Notes under the pieces: generated by a model
What the model was told of the DNA's origin: nothing
The model's database searches: none
What the model saw: only the letters and a program-made list of their open reading frames with translations
Shown here: positions 45,201 through 53,998 of the stretch, in pieces
Position numbering within the stretch: position 1 is the first letter of the stretch
Layout: each line of letters starts with the position of its first letter
NCBI GenBank assembly: GCA_016218805.1
Contig: JACRCW010000008.1
Coordinates: forward strand, 1-64,000
DNA: 64,000 nucleotides
Direction: 5' to 3'
Source: Deltaproteobacteria bacterium
Lineage (GTDB): Bacteria > Myxococcota > JACRCW01
Program-made: the position numbers and the translations under genes

Positions 45201-48197
45201 GGTGGCGAGCGGGACAACGCGGCGGCGGGGTTCCAGAAGGTTGCCTGTCCCATTGGGAGCCGCGTCACATATTTCACGCTGCAGGCCATCACGGACCTCA
45301 GCGGCGAGGCGTGTCAGAAGGACGGTACCTGCCAGGAGACGCTGAACCGCTGGCGGTCCAACCAGACCCACGGGATCCGCGTGGAGCCGGTGTGGCGCTG
45401 CGCCAACAGCAATGAGGTCTACTGCGACACCGACCGTATGAACCCGCGCAACGGCAAGGTGTTCTATGCCGCCGGCGAGAACGAGGCGGTGTTTGTCCCC
45501 ATCCGCGCGCAGATCAACGACGCGTTCCGCTACAAGACGCGGTTCCGCAACCGGACCACCGGACAGAACGTGGGCTTTGCGCCGGCGACGTGCGTGCCCA
45601 ACTCCAACGCGATTCCGTACTGCTATGACCCGCCGGCCATTGAGGACATCCGGGCCCGCGTGGACTGCGCCATCCACCTGTATTCCACGCCGGCATTGTC
45701 CGCGGCGCTGGACGCCGCCACGCGCGGCATGCTGCTCAACTATCTGGACGAGAACTTCTCGTTCACCACCACCATGGTGGACGGGCGGCCCATCACGCAT
45801 GACGGCTTTGAGCGCCTGTTTGCCGAGCTGCTGATCATGCAGGGCGACGAAGCCTACACGCGCGCGTTCATGTCCCGCTTTGACCTGGCGGGATCGCAGC
45901 TGGTGGGGTTTGAGGGGTCACGGTTTGAGCCGGACGGTATCAACCTGTCCGGCGCCGCGGGGTTTGAGATGTACAATCTCTACCTCGCCACGCAGTACTA
46001 CCAGACCGCGCTGGACCGCTTCTACCGCCTGGGCACGGAACTGGTGGCGTTGCTGGAGCAGCTGGGCAGTGCGTCCGGCCTGAAGATTGTGGACGCGTAC
46101 TTTGGGCGGCTCATCCGCGCGTCCACGCAGAAGTCCCGCGCGTGGAGCGAAGTGGCGCGACACTACCAGAACTTCAACCAGCCGGAGCTGGCCCGCAACG
46201 TCGTGCGGCGCGCGTACACGGCCACGTACCTGGAGTCCGTCATCCTGTCCCGCATGATGCTGCGGGTCATTGCGTTTGCGGACCCGGCGGACCGCGACCA
46301 GATTGTCCGCACCGCTGAGCTGGCGCAGCTGAGCTACCGCGCGGCGCTGCTGGACATGCGGGACGTGTTCAAGGGCATCACGGACGACGTGAACTTCTTT
46401 GGGATGGCGCCGGATTTCATCCCGTTCCCGGCGCTGGACACCGGTGACACCAACGCGTTCCGCAAGATGTACACGGCGGCGCAGCTGAAGATGCAGACCG
46501 CCGCGGAGAAGGAGGGCCAGGCGCTGCAGTCCAACCGGTCCTTTGAGACGGACGCGGCCGCGTTCCAGAGCGAGCTGACGCGCGTGCGCAACAACTACGA
46601 GAACCAGCTGGCGGACATCTGCGGGACGTTCCAGGCGGCGGACGGCGTGGTCTACCCGGCCATCCCCAAGTACGCGTTCCTGTCCGAGCCCACGCGCCTG
46701 ATGGGCGACCCGTGCGGCCTGGTAGGGAACGGCAAGCTCCACGAGGGCATGGCCAACCTGGAGATCCAGGGGCTCAACTTTGACAGCGTGCAGACCTCGC
46801 ACCGGTCATTGCTGGCCGAGGTGGAGATTGAGCGGCAGCGCGTGAACGCGCAGTGCGGGCTGACCATGACCCTGGCGGACTACGACTACGAAGTGGCGGG
46901 GCGTGTGGGTGACATGCAGGACGCCATCACCACCAGCCGCAACGTGATCTCCACCGCGCAGCGGCTGGCCAGCAAGGCGGCCACGGTGGCCGGCCTGACC
47001 AAGTGCAGCATCATTGCCGGCGTGGCGGTTGGAGGGGACTGCGTGACGGCGGGGGTGGCGGCCGTGGCGTTTGGCGTGGTGGCCGTGGCGGCCGAGGCGG
47101 CGGCCACCGTCAATGAGTTCATCATCCAGGCCAAGGAAAACGAGATTGCCGAGATCCAGCGCGGCGCGGCGCGGTGGCGCACGGCGCAGCAGTGCCAGGT
47201 GGCACTGGTGGATTCCGACGCGCGCGTGAAGACGATGTTGCTGCGCATGGAGGAGATCAACCTGGAGGCGCTGCGCGCCAACTACCAGACGCGCCTGGCC
47301 ATCTCCGGCATCCAGGCCCTCCGGCACCAGGCCACGCGGCTCATTGCGGAGCAGGAGGAGACCGAGCAGCTGACCATCAACGTGGAGGCCGCGCGCAACG
47401 ACCCCAACGTCCGCATCTACAAGAACGACGCGATTCTCACCGCGGACCGCACGTTCGACGCCGCCATCCGCGACGCGTACAAGGCGACGAAGGTCTACGA
47501 GTACTACACGTCCCAGAGCTACGCGCGCCTCAACAACCTGTTCCTGGTGCGCATGGTGGCCAACGGGGACATCAGCCTGGAGCAGTACATGGCGGAGCTG
47601 TCGGACGCGTTCACGGCGTTTGAGGAGCAGTTTGGCGTGCCGGACGTCCGGGTGCAGGTGTTGTCCCTGCGTGATGACGTGCTGGCCATCCCGCGGCTGG
47701 ACAGTACCGGGCGGGCGCTCAGCCAGTCTGAGCGCATTGCGCAGCTGCGCGCGCGCCTGACGGACGTCAAGCTGCTGGACGCCAAGGGCTACCTGTCCAT
47801 CCCGTTTGCCACCCAGGTGGAGACGCTGTCCCCGCTCACCCGCAACCACAAGCTGCACTACGTGGAGTCTGAACTCATTGGCTCCGACGTAGGTGACAAC
47901 GTGGGCCGCGTGTACCTGCGCCAGAAGGGGACGGGCATGGTGCGCCCGGTGGAAGGCAGTTCCCTGTACTACGCGTTCCCGGAGCGCACGGCGGTCCTCA
48001 ACCCGCTGTTCAATGGGCAGCGGGTGTTTGGCGGGGAGGTGTACCGCAGCAACCGCCTGCGGGACCGCCCGTTGGTCAACACCGCCTGGGAGTTGGTGCT
48101 CAACCAGAAGGACGAGCAGGCCAACCAGGACATCAACCTGCAGTCACTGACTGACATTCGGCTGTACCTCTACTACACCGACTTCACCGAGTTGTGA
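42267..48197 (+). CDS. TcA-like giant lipoprotein (copy R)
   Basis: GGAGG RBS; lipobox LAGC; 8 Cys repeats; closely colinear with 21455-27196; ends LTDIRLYLYYTDF. Confidence 0.7.
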   Translation: MRDNRVSLLLATMAVSAILAGCPTPEGGPFCTRGTKDCACAAGDVPCQGDLFCAAGLCREPLCEPGSLDCACHGNSTCNQDSDGTWLVCDSGLCRRASCPQGALGCGCFAGATCNEGLFCSSEGGPARCVSAACAVGDQGCGCKPDRTCNGDLLCNGQVCEQATCTAGTDACACRPDYSCDTGLSCQAGLCAPTTCTTGTQGCGCLADNTCTGTGLVCSAGGICQPAGCTAGDENCECLAGGSCSTTPDGAQLECVSGTCQRPACTQGTDGCGCRTGGACDANLACVLGVCRSASLPIEDLVPPATPKCYTPCRSGMTDGTGTYRVCTSEGLMEGCLEGQQCTGGSCVPAGGSPRTCQTDLQCPDFQTCIAGNCYSNCNYDSDCSGDHKCYRRVCRTPCDSGTADRLDTCGADRHCSMVDGVHGYCVSTPAPTGDAARTAEGTLVAKPAALAFSNTSTTATFTVMNPSSRLVTVTLRKVEHGEYTANGRSVITTNPLHWVTMGAGTPTQVQSLNVNVEPGGSVDITVAGTANPALSRWDGVLEVTADHLGPSRINLDYASRPDGRWSGKAYFFAAFADGARDNGTLAVDEWMRERNNTARLDAVGNAFLQRWDAFKRGVLSYDEFQAVLTATQTASWKFSNVMQQCRTQPNSRRACYLYRSGAGVIEYSSDVNDYAIPTGVSELPVSMNLRSPDPVNQPTLMNGRIVTDESMQYAGDPAVSLAFVNAPTQCTTTAGGTCLVPIQSFAATIAVGGRYLTTDIDSDCSQAAPGTFELTRTPWLVPGFLEGTTLEESTGLRYRWECRDKLLPYGTDQGPLNRSFAQSNPVPDGRSRMRTLELLDGALIQGDSLFVIFREKFDSFLGGSDGTINAYGYMVLSRAAADLPVDAYAGSTPTDTRTVPDVLNVSCSDELLHGDTRPGRVHPGILLPAEALSPANALTVATAIILGQTPAGASAQLIDAGSTEKVHYYCEDTGLFDGGERDNAAAGFQKVACPIGSRVTYFTLQAITDLSGEACQKDGTCQETLNRWRSNQTHGIRVEPVWRCANSNEVYCDTDRMNPRNGKVFYAAGENEAVFVPIRAQINDAFRYKTRFRNRTTGQNVGFAPATCVPNSNAIPYCYDPPAIEDIRARVDCAIHLYSTPALSAALDAATRGMLLNYLDENFSFTTTMVDGRPITHDGFERLFAELLIMQGDEAYTRAFMSRFDLAGSQLVGFEGSRFEPDGINLSGAAGFEMYNLYLATQYYQTALDRFYRLGTELVALLEQLGSASGLKIVDAYFGRLIRASTQKSRAWSEVARHYQNFNQPELARNVVRRAYTATYLESVILSRMMLRVIAFADPADRDQIVRTAELAQLSYRAALLDMRDVFKGITDDVNFFGMAPDFIPFPALDTGDTNAFRKMYTAAQLKMQTAAEKEGQALQSNRSFETDAAAFQSELTRVRNNYENQLADICGTFQAADGVVYPAIPKYAFLSEPTRLMGDPCGLVGNGKLHEGMANLEIQGLNFDSVQTSHRSLLAEVEIERQRVNAQCGLTMTLADYDYEVAGRVGDMQDAITTSRNVISTAQRLASKAATVAGLTKCSIIAGVAVGGDCVTAGVAAVAFGVVAVAAEAAATVNEFIIQAKENEIAEIQRGAARWRTAQQCQVALVDSDARVKTMLLRMEEINLEALRANYQTRLAISGIQALRHQATRLIAEQEETEQLTINVEAARNDPNVRIYKNDAILTADRTFDAAIRDAYKATKVYEYYTSQSYARLNNLFLVRMVANGDISLEQYMAELSDAFTAFEEQFGVPDVRVQVLSLRDDVLAIPRLDSTGRALSQSERIAQLRARLTDVKLLDAKGYLSIPFATQVETLSPLTRNHKLHYVESELIGSDVGDNVGRVYLRQKGTGMVRPVEGSSLYYAFPERTAVLNPLFNGQRVFGGEVYRSNRLRDRPLVNTAWELVLNQKDEQANQDINLQSLTDIRLYLYYTDFTEL

Positions 48198-48211
48198 TCG
48201 GAGGAGCGAAG

Positions 48212-50329
48212 ATGCGCTTGATTCGCGTTGCGGTGGTGTTCGCTGTGGGAACGTTGGGGCTGGCCGGCTGCCCAACGGACAAACCGACCGATGACGACGA
48301 CACGTCCGGCAGCAGCAGCAGCGGCTCCGCGGTCAGCAGCAGCTCCAGCGGCGTGGCCTCGTCATCCAGCGGGGCGGCGTCGTCGTCGGGCGGGGCCTCG
48401 TCGGGCGGGGCCTCCAGCTCGTCCAGCAGCTCGTCCGCCGGCGGCAGTTCGTCGCGGCAGAGTTCGTCGGCTACGGCCAGCTCGTCCAGTTCGTCCAGCT
48501 CTTCCAGCACGGGCGGCGGATCCAGTTCCACGGGCACCTCCGGCGGGTCCTCCTCCGGGGTCACCTGTGCGTCCCTGGATTGCGCGGGGCTGCACCGGGC
48601 GTGCGTGGTCACCCCCACCCTCCAGTGTGGGGCCTGCGTCACGGGCTACACGGAAGCCACGCCGGGCGGCGCCTGCCGGCCCTACCTGACGTGTTCGGAT
48701 CTCAGCTGTGGCACCAGCACCTGCATCGCCGTCACCAATGGTGACGCGTACTGTGACAACGGCTGCGGCGCCACGCAGGCGCGCACCACCACGGGCCAGT
48801 GCGTGAACTGCAACTGCGACACCACGCAGGACCCCGGCCTGGCCGGCGGTCACTGGCCGGACGCATCGCCGTCCGAAGGCCGCTGCGTGTGCCAGACCAA
48901 GCCCGGCTACTTCTTCCACCGCCTGGGCGTGTCCTACCCGTGTGACGCGGACCATGACGGCTGGCTGCGCATTGCCGCCAAGGACTACATGGACAAGCCG
49001 GCCACGGACCCGGAGCGCAAGAGCGCGCGGTGCGGGGAGCTGGTGGGCTCGGACTACCAGGTGCGGACGATTGACCGCTTTGTGCTGGAGAACGAGGCCG
49101 CGCAGTCCCAGGTGATGACGGTGACGCCCACGGCGCTGTACGAGCCGGACCGCATTGACGACCCGGTGCTCCTGTCCCAGGCGCCCGCGCGGGACTTCCC
49201 GGCATACGGGACGGGCCGCAACCTCCGCCCGGAGGAGCTCAACCCGTTGACCAAGGCGTGCGTGGGCACGCTGGCGGACTTCAACCAGAACACCATTGCG
49301 GATGTGGCGGAGTGGCAGAACCCCATTGCCACCGACCTGTTCAGCCAGTTTGCGTACTTTGTGGAGCTGGACCGCGGCTGGTACGAGCCGCCGGGGACCG
49401 GCGAGACCTACGGCAGCTACCACATCCGTGAGAAGTCCCGGCAGCCCGGCAGCCAGGACGGCACCCGGCTGGCGCTGCAGGGCGCGGCCGCCGGCACCTA
49501 CTGGCGGGACTGCGCCCGGCGCGACGACACCACGTACGACCCCTCCAAGGTGGGGACGACGATGGACTTCTGCCGGGCGTCCACCGGCGGGGTGACCAGT
49601 TGCCAGGGGATGCGCCACCACAGCCAGTTCAAGTGCGCCCAGATTGTGGACACGCCGCCCCCGCCCACCGCGCCCGCCCCGCAGCAATGGACGGCGGCGC
49701 AGGTGCGCCAGACCCCGGGCGCGGGTGGCTACCCCAACACGTTCAACGCCTGCTCCGCGTCCGGCGCCAGCCCGGGACCTGTGGCGGGCACCACCAACCC
49801 GTCGGACCCGGCGCTGGATTGCACCCCGGACAACACGCTGACCACCGGCAAGGTCGGGTTCATCGTCGTCGGGTTTGACGTGTACAACTACCCGTCTGAA
49901 TACGTGCGTGGCTGTGTGGACGAGTGCAAGGAGACCATGGCCAGCTGCCCGGCCTGCCAGTTCACGCAGACGCAGGAGAGCTGCGCCGGCTGGGACGCGG
50001 ACCCGGTGCTCAACCGCAGCATGTGCGGTGAGGACAACGGCCAGCTGGGCTACGGCAAGCTGGTGTGCGGCTGCGGCCCCAACCTGGGCAACGTGGATTG
50101 TGACCTGGGCTGCCCGGCGTCAGACCTGCATTCCAACCGGACGTTGTCCGCCAACCTGGACAACGGCAGCGGGCGCGCAGGCTACTGGATGTGTGGCCAG
50201 TTCACTGCCACCAGCTACACCACGCCTGAACCGCAGCTGTCCGGTGGTGGATACGTGCTGCGCGGCAAGGTCCCCGTGGCCCCGGTGGAGCGCACGCCGC
50301 TGACCGGCGGTTCCTACACGCTGCGCTGA
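48212..50329 (+). CDS. Cys-rich lipoprotein with Ser-rich linker and uncharacterised globular domain
   Basis: GGAGGAG RBS; lipobox LAGC; poly-Ser; many Cys; DADHDG; C-terminal tandem GGxYxLR. Confidence 0.75.
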   Translation: MRLIRVAVVFAVGTLGLAGCPTDKPTDDDDTSGSSSSGSAVSSSSSGVASSSSGAASSSGGASSGGASSSSSSSSAGGSSSRQSSSATASSSSSSSSSSTGGGSSSTGTSGGSSSGVTCASLDCAGLHRACVVTPTLQCGACVTGYTEATPGGACRPYLTCSDLSCGTSTCIAVTNGDAYCDNGCGATQARTTTGQCVNCNCDTTQDPGLAGGHWPDASPSEGRCVCQTKPGYFFHRLGVSYPCDADHDGWLRIAAKDYMDKPATDPERKSARCGELVGSDYQVRTIDRFVLENEAAQSQVMTVTPTALYEPDRIDDPVLLSQAPARDFPAYGTGRNLRPEELNPLTKACVGTLADFNQNTIADVAEWQNPIATDLFSQFAYFVELDRGWYEPPGTGETYGSYHIREKSRQPGSQDGTRLALQGAAAGTYWRDCARRDDTTYDPSKVGTTMDFCRASTGGVTSCQGMRHHSQFKCAQIVDTPPPPTAPAPQQWTAAQVRQTPGAGGYPNTFNACSASGASPGPVAGTTNPSDPALDCTPDNTLTTGKVGFIVVGFDVYNYPSEYVRGCVDECKETMASCPACQFTQTQESCAGWDADPVLNRSMCGEDNGQLGYGKLVCGCGPNLGNVDCDLGCPASDLHSNRTLSANLDNGSGRAGYWMCGQFTATSYTTPEPQLSGGGYVLRGKVPVAPVERTPLTGGSYTLR

Positions 50330-50450
50330 ACCACAAGGCGCTGTGGCTGGCCCCTTCTGCCGCCACGCAGCCCAGGCTCCGTCAACACCGCCACGGTGTG
50401 GGATCCGGAAGGCGCCCCGCGCCTGCCGGGGCCCTGCGTGGGGACGCGCG

Positions 50451-51299
50451 CTACAGCAGGCAACAACGGATGTACGTGGTGTAGCGGTCCCGGAAGTTGC
50501 CGCCCTCCTGGTAGTGCTTGGTCCACACGCCCGCCACGTATTGGCCGTTGGCGCAGCCGGTGAACACGTGACCGTCCAGGTTGTCTGAGAAGTTCACCCC
50601 CGGCACGCTGACGGGCACGTCCACGCAGGCGCCGTGGCTGTTGGCCGAAGCGGAGATGTCCCCGCGGGCCACCAGGTCACCGGTGTTGACGGAGGCGTTG
50701 GCGTACAGGTCATTGGCCGCCACACCGCCGTAGTAGCCCGCTCCGGTGGCGTCATAGAGGCGCAGCCAGGTGTCACCGGTATCCGCCAGGCGCCACTTGT
50801 TGGCGATGGCGGCGGCGGACGTGTTGACGTTGCCCGCCACGGTGGCGTCACCGTCCACGCGGAAGTCCTGCCCCGGTGCGCCGCGCCGCGCGTACGGCGC
50901 GCTCCCCAGCAACTGCCGTCCACCCAGCGGCTGCCCGTCAACGGTCACTTGCAGCCAGCGGCTCCCTGCCAGCGCCACATCCTGCATGTCACCCAACTCA
51001 CCCAGATTGACGCTGAAGCTGCCCGCGGACACCGGGACCGCCGAGTGCACCTCGGGGCCCCACACCAACGTGCCACCGGAGGGGGAATCGTACAGTTCAA
51101 AGGCCAGTGCCGTGGGCGTGTTCACAGGCGCCCCGTCCCGCTCCAGGAATCCCTGGTACGGCAGCGTGGCGCTGCGCACCGCCGCATCGGACGTGGGCGT
51201 CCGGGCGTATGCCGCCACGCCAAACACCAGCCCCGCCAGGCCGCTGGCCAGTGCCAGGTTGTTCTTGAGCCGAATCACCACGTTGCTGTTGCGTCTCAT
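50451..51299 (-). CDS. Secreted fibre-like protein with PYQG adaptor domain and Cys-containing head
   Basis: GGAGG RBS; signal ending AAYA; LPYQGFLE...LVW.PE...V..GSFSV.LG...QLLGSAPYARRG; head ending C.NG.YV.G...IRCC. Confidence 0.75.
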   Translation of the reverse strand: MRRNSNVVIRLKNNLALASGLAGLVFGVAAYARTPTSDAAVRSATLPYQGFLERDGAPVNTPTALAFELYDSPSGGTLVWGPEVHSAVPVSAGSFSVNLGELGDMQDVALAGSRWLQVTVDGQPLGGRQLLGSAPYARRGAPGQDFRVDGDATVAGNVNTSAAAIANKWRLADTGDTWLRLYDATGAGYYGGVAANDLYANASVNTGDLVARGDISASANSHGACVDVPVSVPGVNFSDNLDGHVFTGCANGQYVAGVWTKHYQEGGNFRDRYTTYIRCCLL

Positions 51300-51353
51300 G
51301 GTGCCCTCCGTCCCCGCCGCTGCGAAGGACGATTGTCGACGGGTGCTGGGCGG

Positions 51354-53438
51354 TCAACCCGGTCCGCGCGGGGCGGGCGCGGCCAGGGGGCCCAGGCACG
51401 TGCGCCGCTGTGCGCCAACCAGCGGGAACTCCGGCGCAGGTGTGGTGCGACGCGCCGGGCGCGCGCGGCAGGAGGCCTCCAGCGTCTCCTCCGTCCAGAA
51501 TGACAGCGCCAGCCCCAGGTACGCCGAACCCGCAGCGGAGCACACCACGGCGTCCAGCGTGTCACCCGGGGCAAGCGGGGCCGGCAGTGGCACCATGACC
51601 TGGACCAACCGTGCTGACGCGAACGCACCGTCCGACGCGTACAGCGGCGCCCCGTTGAGCCAGATGCGCACGTTGCGCCCGCCGCCCACGCCCAGCCGCG
51701 TGCTGCCAGCGTGCTGGGCCGCGGTCTCCGGCGGCACCCGGGCAACCACGCAGCGGCTGTGCCCTTGCGGCGTGTTGCCCGGGAGCAGGGCGCCAAAGTC
51801 CAGGAAGGACGACACCACGTGCTCGGTGAGCGGCATTTCCACTGGTTGCAGCCCCACGCCCGCGGCAGGCACCACGGTTGCGAACGCCGCGGTGGGAACC
51901 GGCGGCACCGCGGCGGCCAGCAGGCGGGTGGCAAACGCGGCGCGCGCGGGACGGATTTCATAGACGTGCGGGGTGCGCGGCGGCGGCGGGTGCACCGGGT
52001 CATCCGGGGGGTGGAGGCGGACGAACGAGGGGTCATGCTCCAACTGGTCAATCACCGCGGGGTCCTGGCACAGCACGTAGGCCGCGCCCAGGACACCGCC
52101 GAGCACCGCCGCGGGATCCGGGATGGCACCACGGCGGAGTGCGTCCCGGGCGCGGCTGGCATCCGGCCAGGCGCGGGCCAGCAGCGCCGGCTCCAGGATG
52201 TCCAGGAAGCGCACCCCGGGCCGTTCATGCAGCAGGTAGGGCGTGCGGTGCCATTCGCAGTTGAACACCAGCCGGCCCGTGGCAGACGGCGGCAGCGCCC
52301 GCGCCGCCTGGCGGGCGGCCTCCGCGGCCACAGGCTCCGGCACCTGGAGCGCCCACAGCGCCCACGCGCCGGGCAGCGCCAGCGCCGTCACCGCGGCGAG
52401 CAACAGGGGATCCCCGCGGGGCAGCGCCGCCAGCCGCGTCCAGGCGGCCGCGCCCAGGCAGACCACGAGCGGGGCGGCGTATTCCATGGCCCGCGGGTTC
52501 TTGAGCGCCAGCAGGATGAACACGGCGGAGGCCGCCAGCAGGAACTCCAGGACGGGGTCCGGCGCCGGGTCATGCCGGGCGCTCCGGCGCCAGGCCCACA
52601 CGCCCGCGGCCAGCACGCCCAACAGCGCGAGGTTCGCCTGCAGGAACTGGTCGGTGCGGAAGGGGACGGATTCGCGGCCGATGTCCACGCCCAGGCCGAG
52701 GTCCTTGTCCAGTGCAAGCGCCAGGTGGGTGAAGCCCATCTCCACGTTGGAGGGGAAGTACGGATTCACCAGCAGGCCCACCAGCAGGCCCGCGGCCCCG
52801 GCGTACGCCATGCGGCGCCAGGACGGTCCCGCGCGGAAACTGTACAGCCACGCCAGCCCCAGCAGCGCCGCCGGGACAAACACTCCGTGGTAGGCGAGCG
52901 CGAACAGCCCCGCGGTGGCCGCCACCGCCCGTACGCTGCCGGCGAGCAGCGCCCACACCAGGCCGGAGAACGCCGCCATGGCCAGCAGGTGCGGCCGCAG
53001 CAGCAGCAGGCGGTGACCCACGTCGTCATTCAGCACCAGGCACAGCACCAGGAGCACGCCCGCGCGCCACGCGGCGCCCGCACGCGCGGCGGCACCCCCC
53101 AGGACCAGGGCCAGCACGCCCACGAGCAGCGGCAGCAGCGTGGCGAAGGAGGCTTCGCCCGCCAGGCGGTAGCCCAGGCCGGTGAGCGCGTGGAACAGGA
53201 ACTCCTTGTCCGGGAAGTAGCTGCCCCATCCCAGGCCGGCTACCTCGGGGATGCTGCGCGGCAGCCCCTGCTCCGTCCAGGCGCGGCTGATGGCCAGGTG
53301 GTAGTCCCGGTCAGGGTCCAACAGCGCGTAGCCCGCGTGGTGCCCCAGCACCACCCAGTGCATGAGCCAGGCGGGCAGGGCCGCCCCCAGCACGGCCAGC
53401 GCGGCATGGCGCCAGGGCGGGCGCGGGGCGTCCGTCAC
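51354..53438 (-). CDS. Polytopic membrane protein, putative GT-C-fold glycosyltransferase
   Basis: First loop DPDRDYHL...FPDKEFLFH, about 11 TM helices, soluble C-terminal domain; GTG start overlaps the orn stop. Confidence 0.55.
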   Translation of the reverse strand: MTDAPRPPWRHAALAVLGAALPAWLMHWVVLGHHAGYALLDPDRDYHLAISRAWTEQGLPRSIPEVAGLGWGSYFPDKEFLFHALTGLGYRLAGEASFATLLPLLVGVLALVLGGAAARAGAAWRAGVLLVLCLVLNDDVGHRLLLLRPHLLAMAAFSGLVWALLAGSVRAVAATAGLFALAYHGVFVPAALLGLAWLYSFRAGPSWRRMAYAGAAGLLVGLLVNPYFPSNVEMGFTHLALALDKDLGLGVDIGRESVPFRTDQFLQANLALLGVLAAGVWAWRRSARHDPAPDPVLEFLLAASAVFILLALKNPRAMEYAAPLVVCLGAAAWTRLAALPRGDPLLLAAVTALALPGAWALWALQVPEPVAAEAARQAARALPPSATGRLVFNCEWHRTPYLLHERPGVRFLDILEPALLARAWPDASRARDALRRGAIPDPAAVLGGVLGAAYVLCQDPAVIDQLEHDPSFVRLHPPDDPVHPPPPRTPHVYEIRPARAAFATRLLAAAVPPVPTAAFATVVPAAGVGLQPVEMPLTEHVVSSFLDFGALLPGNTPQGHSRCVVARVPPETAAQHAGSTRLGVGGGRNVRIWLNGAPLYASDGAFASARLVQVMVPLPAPLAPGDTLDAVVCSAAGSAYLGLALSFWTEETLEASCRARPARRTTPAPEFPLVGAQRRTCLGPLAAPAPRGPG

Positions 53439-53989
53439 GACGGGTCCGGCGGTGCCACGCGGAAGAACGTCCGCCGGTAGTGGCGGAGTTCCTCCAAGGA
53501 CAGCGCCAGGTCGGCCAGCGTGGTGTGCTCGCGGCCAGGCTTGTTGTGGAACGGCACGGCCGGGAACCACGCACGCGTGAGGACCTTGAGCGAGGAGACG
53601 TCAATGTGGCGGTAGTGCAGCCAGCCTTCAACGGACGGCATGTGCCGCCGCAGGAACGCGCGGTCCGCGTGCACGGAGTTCCCCGCAAGCACGCCCTTGT
53701 GCCGCTCCACGTGGGACTGCAGGAAGCCCAGCACCTGTGTCTCCGCTTCTGCGACAGGCACGCCGGCGCTGCAGGCGCGCTCCAACAGGCCGTTGGCGGC
53801 GTGCATGGCGCGCGCAACCTCATCCATCCGGGCCACGTCCGCCGCCGAGGGGCGCACCAGCACCGCCAGTTGCGCGCGCGGTTCCAGGTCCGGACCGGTG
53901 ATGATGACCCCCGCCTCCAGCACCACGTGCTGCTCGGGGTCCAACCCCGTCATCTCCAGGTCAATCCACACCCAGGTGTCGCCGTGCAC
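53435..53989 (-). CDS. orn: Oligoribonuclease
   Basis: VWIDLEMTGLD, LAGNSV..DR.FL, HYR.IDVSSLK, H..L.D...S..EL..YR. Confidence 0.93.
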   Translation of the reverse strand: MHGDTWVWIDLEMTGLDPEQHVVLEAGVIITGPDLEPRAQLAVLVRPSAADVARMDEVARAMHAANGLLERACSAGVPVAEAETQVLGFLQSHVERHKGVLAGNSVHADRAFLRRHMPSVEGWLHYRHIDVSSLKVLTRAWFPAVPFHNKPGREHTTLADLALSLEELRHYRRTFFRVAPPDPS

Positions 53990-53998
53990 GGGCCCTCC

